This document shows positions 1 through 7,806 of a stretch of DNA of 18,194 nucleotides, piece after piece. Origin of the DNA: Ginkgo biloba (Eukaryota > Plantae > Ginkgophyta). Within the stretch, counting starts at the first letter, position 1; every line of letters begins with the position of its first letter. The notes beneath the pieces are model-generated. The model saw nothing but the letters and a program-made list of their open reading frames with translations. It did no database searches and was not told the origin of the DNA. Where the stretch lies: the NCBI GenBank assembly GCA_024626585.2, contig JANKJI020000002.1, positions 149,062,703-149,080,896 on the forward strand, read 5' to 3'. The position numbers and the translations under genes are program-made.

Positions 1-1479
1 CATCTAATGAGAGGATATGCAATATAAGAAACTAGAGAGTTTATAAGATATAAATGGATGAACACTTTAATCACTGGGGACATACAATCCTTTACAAATT
101 TTTTCTTTTGATGTTGAAGGTTTATCCTGTATACCTTGATCCTTTTCCAAATTGGTATAAAGTTCCCTTACTCCTACTATTTTAAAAACTTAAATTGTGT
201 TTAATTTATCTTAAATCAAGTCCTGAATATGGTTGCCAATTACTTCAAGGATTTTGTTTCATATTCCCAAGGATGATGGTATCACAAAAATAGAAATAGA
301 GGAACAGATGAACTTCCTCCACTATTATGAGGGGAGGCTCCCTAATTACAAAGATATCAAGAATATACAAATAGGAATGGTATCAATAATGGGTATTCAT
401 AAAGGTTTGATACTTTTTTAATTTTTTGAGCTATTGAAAAGAGACATAATATAGCAAAGAATATAGGGGAAAGATAAGAGGTAAGAAAATATGTTATTAA
501 TTCCCCTAGACAAAGTGTCAAATATTCGAGTACTAACAATAGAGTATGATCTACTAACAATGAAGAAAAAAATAAGAAAAATATATTCTTGAAGATTGAT
601 TAACTCTAAACACCCTCTTAGGATTAGATCAACGATATAAAGGAGGTCCTTTAGATACTTAAAGCCTTCAATGTACAATCAACCATGTCATACTAATCCC
701 AGATTGCCAATAGTTCCTAATTGTCTGATCAAAATGACATATCACTGCCTTACCTTCATAACCCTCCAACAGTGATCAAAGAGTACATAAAAGTGAAAAT
801 AGATTTATTTGGCAGGAAAATAACCCTTTAGGTAACAAACTCTAGTAGCACTCGAAGAAGGAAACTAAAAGGTTGTATTCTCATCCCAAAAATGATCTAG
901 TCCCAAATAGTATATCGTTTTTTCTGAGTTAAGGATTTTTAATGCAAACACATGAAAAGAAACAAGTAATTTAACATGTATGATAATATTCTTATAAATT
1001 CATGAAATTTATCATCATCATACATCAATTGTACTAGATAAATGATCACAATAAACTTTCACTTCAAAGAATTCTAATCCAAGTTTTAGAGTAGTAATGC
1101 TCACTTGAGACTTCAAATAGAATTCAAACAATAAAATGTGGAAGTAATGATTTGTAGTCATATACTAGAAGTTATTAATACTTGAGCATAATAAAAATAC
1201 ACCACATTACAATTCAAAAGGAGAAAACATCCATAAAAGGATTTTCATTGATACATAATGTCTTAGGTTACATGTACATAAAAGAAATTATCATGATAAC
1301 TACCATTCTATGAAGGAAAAAGTATAATATAACCACAATAGAAAAACACTTATAGGTTCATATAGTCTCTCTAAGGTGGCCTTCCTAGTTGAAATTTATG
1401 AGACAAAGTACATACACATCAAGGATGAAACAAATAAAGAGGAGAAAAACATAGAACATAGGGATACACAAAGGATGGG

Positions 1480-3290
1480 ACATAAATAATTTTCTCACCA
1501 GTGATGTTCAATAGAACCCTTTTTATTTTCTCTCCTTAATTTTATCCTTTGTACTAAGATTGTTAGTGCTGGTTGACATCAATTAAAAATTAATTATCTC
1601 CATTTATTCGTACAATTATTTCTTCATAATGGTTGGTAGTTCTCAAAGGCATTGTAACCTCATTTGACATTCTCCCATTTTTGTTGTGGCTAAATATTTT
1701 TTGCAGGCATAGATATTTTAGAAATATTTCTCTAACTTTATGACCTCCTCTCCTTTTAAATTTATGGAAAAAAAAAAAAATTGATTACAATGGTATATAT
1801 CCCATAAAGAAGAGGCCAACCTAGTAGAATCTACTACTTCTTCATTCTATAAAATGTTGAGAACTTTTATCTTTTTTTACTAGGCCAACTAAATATAATC
1901 ATATTTTGAAATAATTTGATTATCCATCTAGGAAGAAATAATTTTTCCTTCTGAGATAAGATTATTCAATTAAGAAATGCATTAAATAATTATACTCTCT
2001 AAATTGGACATCTGGTTCAAGATTTCTTGAGTCATATCTCTCTTAAAAAAAAATAGGCTTCATATTCTTCATGTTATGACCCTAAAAAATATTAGTTAGT
2101 ACTATGATGACTTATATTATTNNNNNNNNNNNNNNNNNNNNNNNNNNNNNNNNNNNNNNNNNNNNNNNNNNNNNNNNNNNNNNNNNNNNNNNNNNNNNNN
2201 NNNNNNNNNNNNNNNNNNNNNNNNNNNNNNNNNNNNNNNNNNNNNNNNNNNNNNNNNNNNNNNNNNNNNNNNNNNNNNTGAATGAACTTAAAGAATTCTT
2301 ATTTATGTAAATTTACAGAGAAAAATTTCTTGTACAATCCTCTTTCTATTGAATGCATGATAGAATCAATCAGTTCTACTATTATTAAAGAATTTAGAGA
2401 TAACCCAAAAGTCTTTAATATAATTTTGAGGGATATGTTTAGATCCCTTGATCAAGAATTTTCCCACAATATATCATCCACATTTAATTTAGGATTTTCA
2501 GGTATGGATGCTTTGACCTTAGTATCTCATTTTCTTGCATTAAACTTGAATGTTTTGTTTCTTATTGAAGTCTAAGGATGAAGATGTGCTGCTGCAACCA
2601 ATGTCCACTATCGATTTAATATCTCTACAAACCATGGATTTAGCATGGGTTCTTCCTAGGTTTCTTCTCCAACTATCACTTCCATGGATAGGGAATTCAT
2701 AGGAGGGATCTTGTTGTGTTAAACAAATATAGAACTAAGTGACTCTCTATTAGGCATAATTTTTCTTTTAAAGTGTGCTTCTCTTGAACTTTGAATTTTG
2801 GATGATTTGTGCTTCTTGGTGGTGGGCCTCTATTCTTCATGAATTGACTTCCTCTTTCTTCCTTTATTCATTTTATTAACATCACCTCCTTCCCCTATTC
2901 CTAAGATTTATCTAGGTCTTATCGTAATAAACTCAGATCCACATAATATCAACTTGACGATTTCAATGATCATGAACCTATTTTTTTCATTTGTTGATTC
3001 AAGAGGGGGAATTTTCTTCTAACATCCATCTATATCAGTGAATATGTCCTTATCTCCCTTATTATTATTCTATAGATATCCCTTCTCCTAAGAGAAACTA
3101 TAATCCTTAGTGGAATTAGACCTAGCAAAGTTGGTTTGAGAGTTGTGTTGCCCCTTCTCTTCCAAACCACACAATCATAGCCCACAAGAATTTTGAATGT
3201 GCCCTCTTGATGTGCCATCCTAACTAGGAGGGGGTTAGTAGATGGTTCTATGGAGTCAAGACTATTGGGGGCTATGACCAACGGGGATCA
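1480..3290 (-). mobile_element. Decayed repeat element (copy A) with a degenerate minus-strand coiled-coil-like ORF; probably a retrotransposon accessory region
   Basis: 2279-3030 aligns by eye with 16020-16880. The minus strand gives long codon-like runs broken by stops (e.g. RDMTQEILNQMSNLES...SKYDYI, SLNSLIIVELIDSIMHSIERG). Family not identified; boundaries approximate; spans an N gap. Confidence 0.5.
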
Positions 3291-3482
3291 TTGGAGAGTT
3301 TTTANNNNNNNNNNNNNNNNNNNNNNNNNNNNNNNNNNNNNNNNNNNNNNNNNNNNNNNNNNNNNNNNNNNNNNNNNNNNNNNNNNNNNNNNNNNNNNNN
3401 NNNNTTGTCTCATCTAGACTATATTGCTAAAAGCATAGGAATGTGCACATTCCCTAAGAGAGAGAAAAATATAGTGTTGTCC

Positions 3483-3504
3483 AAATAAATAAATAAATAA
3501 ATAA
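3483..3504. repeat. (AAAT)5 microsatellite
   Basis: Direct reading. Confidence 0.85.
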
Positions 3505-4760
3505 TGGCTCAAGAAAAATGCAAAGAGAGAAAAATGCACCATGTCTTGAAACTCTAAGAAATAAAAATAAAATCATTTAGGATGAAAATTTTGAGTTCAG
3601 GCTTCCAAAATAGTCGATGAACCTCTCAAATATTATATTTTTTCATGATGTTTTCTAGAGGTTTCCATACATGACACTAAATTTTTTAGGTTTCTGACTT
3701 TGTAGGGCCATATACGGAGCTTAATCGTAATTAAAGAATGACATATGAGAGATGGTGAGAATTAAATGGACGTGAATAGGCGACAAATAGAGGGACACTA
3801 AGCTTCGTAGGGTTTTCTTAAAATTTCTTTTGAGCTCTAGATTCTACATAAGTTAGAATTTTTATGGAATGACATTGCTAGAAAATGGAGAGTTAAAAGC
3901 TCTTATGAATTGGAACGACTAGAAAAATGTTTGGTTGTTCAATCTAGATCATAGAATTTGGTCATTTTATATTTGTATCTGTAAGGANNNNNNNNNNNNN
4001 NNNNNNNNNNNNNNNNNNNNNNNNNNTGTTGTAATAAGTAATATTTGGACATTTCCTTATGCCTTTTCTCGATCACCAACATATATACAAGCTAGCAAAA
4101 GTCTTGTAGTTAGTTTTACCTACACAAAATTATCAAAAGTCAAATATTGCAAGGAATTTTAAGAAAATTTTGGTACGGTATCTTTTTACCATCCACATTA
4201 GTACATAGGTAAATATACTATTGAAATCATAATAGTTCAATCTAATTGACTAAGTATTTACTTACTTTAAATGATGATGTTTTTATATACTTTGTATTTT
4301 TTGTTCTTTTATGTTATTCTAATTCAATGGACTAAATGTTATTATGGAAAGAGACAACTTCATTGCCAATTTTTTATTNNNNNNNNNNNNNNNNNNNNNN
4401 NNNNNNNNNNNNNNNNNNNNNNNNNNNNNNNNNNNNNAATGAACAAAATTTTTAAATTTAATTTTTTTAAGATTACAAGCTATTTTATTTTCTTATAAAT
4501 AAAACATTTTTTAAATAGTTTTGGATGGGCTAATGTTTACTTGTGTTTTCAAATTGAATAACACTCCCAAATTTTCCTCCTTTTTTGGAGCTAATATTTT
4601 TGTTAGTTGAATAAATATGTCAATTTATTTGATTTTTTGAGATTCTTTNNNNNNNNNNNNNNNNNNNNNNNNNNNNNNNNNNNNNNNNNNNNNNNNNNNN
4701 NNNNNNNNNNNNNNNNNNNNNNNNNNNNNNNNNNNNNNNNNNNNNNNNGTGACCAAATTT

Positions 4761-4787
4761 ATAGATAGATAGATAGATAGATAGATA
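4761..4787. repeat. (ATAG)6 microsatellite
   Basis: Direct reading; a short (CATC)n follows near 4808-4822. Confidence 0.9.
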
Positions 4788-5791
4788 AATATAATTGTAA
4801 GTGTTATATCCATCCATCCATCTATAAACTTTATTGTATAGAAATTTGAGTTTTGTCACTTATCCATAATCCTTAGACAATATAAACATATACTAATAAT
4901 GTCCTTATGTTGGGTTCATTCATTCTCTACAAAAATACTATATATATAAGCATGGAATGTGAAATAGATATCATATGTAAAACTTAATTTTCTTATTTGG
5001 AGATATTCATCTTTAGAGCACATTGAATTTGTCAAAATTAGAGAGGAGATGTGAGGAAGAGAAGCATGTAAACATGCACGTACTTTTATCAACAATGAAA
5101 TAATAAACTTTTGCAAAGTTTTTATTTTGAAATATGCTTCTTATATATTGTGAAATAACTACACTTCTACAAATGCAATATGTTATTTTGTATTTGTGTG
5201 GAATGTTCTTTTATTTGCCTCAAGACATTATTCACTTGGATTGTTATTTAAAACCATTAAATAATATAATGGTGATGTTTTAAGTGGTATCGTTGTTAAA
5301 GTAAATTATGGCATTTGCCATTGCTACCACATGATAAACATAGAAGGGGTGAAAGAATTAGAGTTTGTACTGCATAAATCTTGCTCCATGGCATTATCGA
5401 TAGGAGTTTAGAGAAAAATTTATGCTTTTAGCATTAATTTTGAATAAATATTTTATTTTAAAAAGGATATAAGAAAATAAATCTAGAGAGAAAGTCCCAA
5501 AATCTAGTTATTTATGCATGGTTTGATTTTGATGCCAACGAAACACATTATTTTTAAATCTTTGAAAATGGCTCATATTTATATGGTGGTGTCAAAAACT
5601 TCTTCCTTTGTTATTTTAGATTTTCCATGAATATAAGACCATGTATTACACCACATACCAATTTAAGTTTGATGTTTCTAAGGAGACTTGTTCATCCTTC
5701 TATGTTCACAAGAAGACATATATGTCTCTATCGAACCCATTGAGTTGAGGTTAGGAGGACATATGGTCATCCTTCTATATTTATAGGGATA

Positions 5792-5904
5792 TATCTATAT
5801 CCTCTCTATTTGGATAGATAATTATTATTATGTAGTACCTCTCTTGACTATTTATGTTGTCATCCATTTAACTCTTAAATTATCTATATCCTCTCTATTT
5901 GGAT
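5792..5904. repeat. 24-bp perfect direct repeat within a degenerate ~75-90-bp tandem array
   Basis: TATCTATATCCTCTCTATTTGGAT at 5792-5815 and 5881-5904. TCATCCTTCTAT also recurs near 5692 and 5767. Confidence 0.8.
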
Positions 5905-7236
5905 GATTTCTTCCATTAATTGCTCTATAGTTCTTTCATTATTCAATTATTTATCATGGTACAATATGTTCGCAACTAATTTCAATGTATTTTCTATTTT
6001 TGTATAAGGAAATGAGGGGTGTTAGATTTTCACCATTAGATTTCTTTTCAATGGCCAGTATGTATAGTCTTGGGGTTCGATGAATGCTCATGGAACTTTA
6101 TATGGGGTAGTGATGCTACTAATATAATAAGTGATGTATTTGCATATGGGAATACATATAGGTGAGGATATGGCACAAACACTACATCTCTAAGCTCTAA
6201 GCACTACCTTAAGGATATAATAATAGGATAAGTTATGAAATAATGAACCATAAATTGGTGTTTTCTCAACATAATTATTTTTTCTAGTAACCAAATTTTC
6301 CTCACCCAATAATGCTCTTCCTAATAATTTTGGTAGATGTTGCAATCTTCATCTCTAGCACTTAATTTCTTATATCCCATTCTTTAGCATATTACTAAGT
6401 GTAGGGAAGTGTAGCCCATTTTCTATTATATTACCAAGTATAGGGAAAGTATAGTGCATATAATATACCAAAGGGGATATCCTTGTAGTTTTCATTAAGT
6501 GATGAAGAACTAGATGGTAGTCAATGTCTTGTCCAAAATTAGTGGATAAACTCTTGCCTCAAAGGTCATCAAAATTACTGTTACTGATGGAAAGAATGCC
6601 GCATTATTGCAATGTTACTCTGTAACTAGAATCTTAGACAGACTCTTAGGAGAGTCATTATTGATAATCGAGTGGACTTATGAATGATATTATGATTTTT
6701 TATGCCTATTTTTATTAATGAATAATTTCATGAATTAAATAATAATATAATTAAAAATATTTATAAGATAGTTTATGTTCCCTTATTATTAATAGTACAA
6801 TTTTAGCCAAATTGTTAGTGGGATATTCATGAACCTATTACAAAATATTATTTCCAAAATATTAGATTATTATGCATAATAATGGAATTTTAGATCACTT
6901 ATCGTAAATTTTATTGAACCTTTTGGATGATCATGTAAAATTCAAATTATAATTAATGGGAACTATTGTAATTTCACTCTCTACAACTTAACTTTCTTTT
7001 TTAGTCTCTTACACATGTCCACCACAAGAAATAACTAAATCCTTAATACTTGAGCTCTAAGTTAATGGATGTTGAATTCATCTCCCAAAGAAGGTTGTCA
7101 TCAATAATAGCCAAATTATCTTCAACTCTTAATGGTCATCAAAAATACCTCAATGTGAGCAAATTTATTCAGAATTTTTTGTATTTTATAAAATCAATCC
7201 TTATGACTCATATTGAAGTTATAAACAAGAAATTAT

Positions 7237-7489
7237 GAAATCAAACACACATGTAATCTTCTCCTTCATGTATCTTAGTAGTACTATAATTATACATCGT
7301 TCTTGTAATTTAACTAGTGTCAATTATTTGTGATGGGTAGAACTAGTGTGACCCATTGTTTTAAAGATGAAGATATTTGTAGCCATATTATAACCAAGAA
7401 ATAAAAATAAATTACTCTGATTCATTAAAAGATGTTGGGAGAAATCTCGTAGGCGTAAACCTTTAAGGAAATCAAACACACACGTAATC
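7237..7489. repeat. 22-bp direct repeat pair in the TPS 3' region
   Basis: GAAATCAAACACACA(T/C)GTAATC at 7237-7258 and 7468-7489. Confidence 0.85.
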
Positions 7490-7506
7490 ACAGATATTAA
7501 TATTAA

Positions 7507-7806
7507 TTACATAGGGAGTGGTTGAATGAGAGTTTCTTTTATGTAGTCCTTGACCTCCTTTTTAGAAACGCCAAAGCCATCGCCATCTCTAAAAATGACC
7601 ATGGTGACCCTCGTCTCATCGAAGAGCATCTTTTTGCAAGGCAGTGGAACATTGTCATGAGGATTAAGAAATTGGCGCGTCAATTCCTTTATTGCAGGAT
7701 CCAGAATAGCATAGAGATGATTTAGAGCTTCCTCCTCTGTAGACCCGGGATGGTCTTTCATGTAACACTCGATGCTTGAAGCTAACTCTCCACGAGCCTT
7801 TTCAGC
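7507..7806 (-). CDS. TPS exon 10 ([20 protein letters not shown]...GDGFG...IQPLPM*)
   Basis: Acceptor TTGCAG|GCT; TAA stop at 7509-7507; typical conifer TPS C-terminus. Confidence 0.95.
   Translation of the reverse strand, partial: AEKARGELASSIECYMKDHPGSTEEEALNHLYAILDPAIKELTRQFLNPHDNVPLPCKKMLFDETRVTMVIFRDGDGFGVSKKEVKDYIKETLIQPLPM

Noticed and set aside
1-700. Short ORFs (233-421, 357-560, 418-678) as host genes
   Set aside because: They are broken by stops and frameshifts and show no recognisable domain. They are probably decayed transposon coding sequence, but I cannot assign a family.
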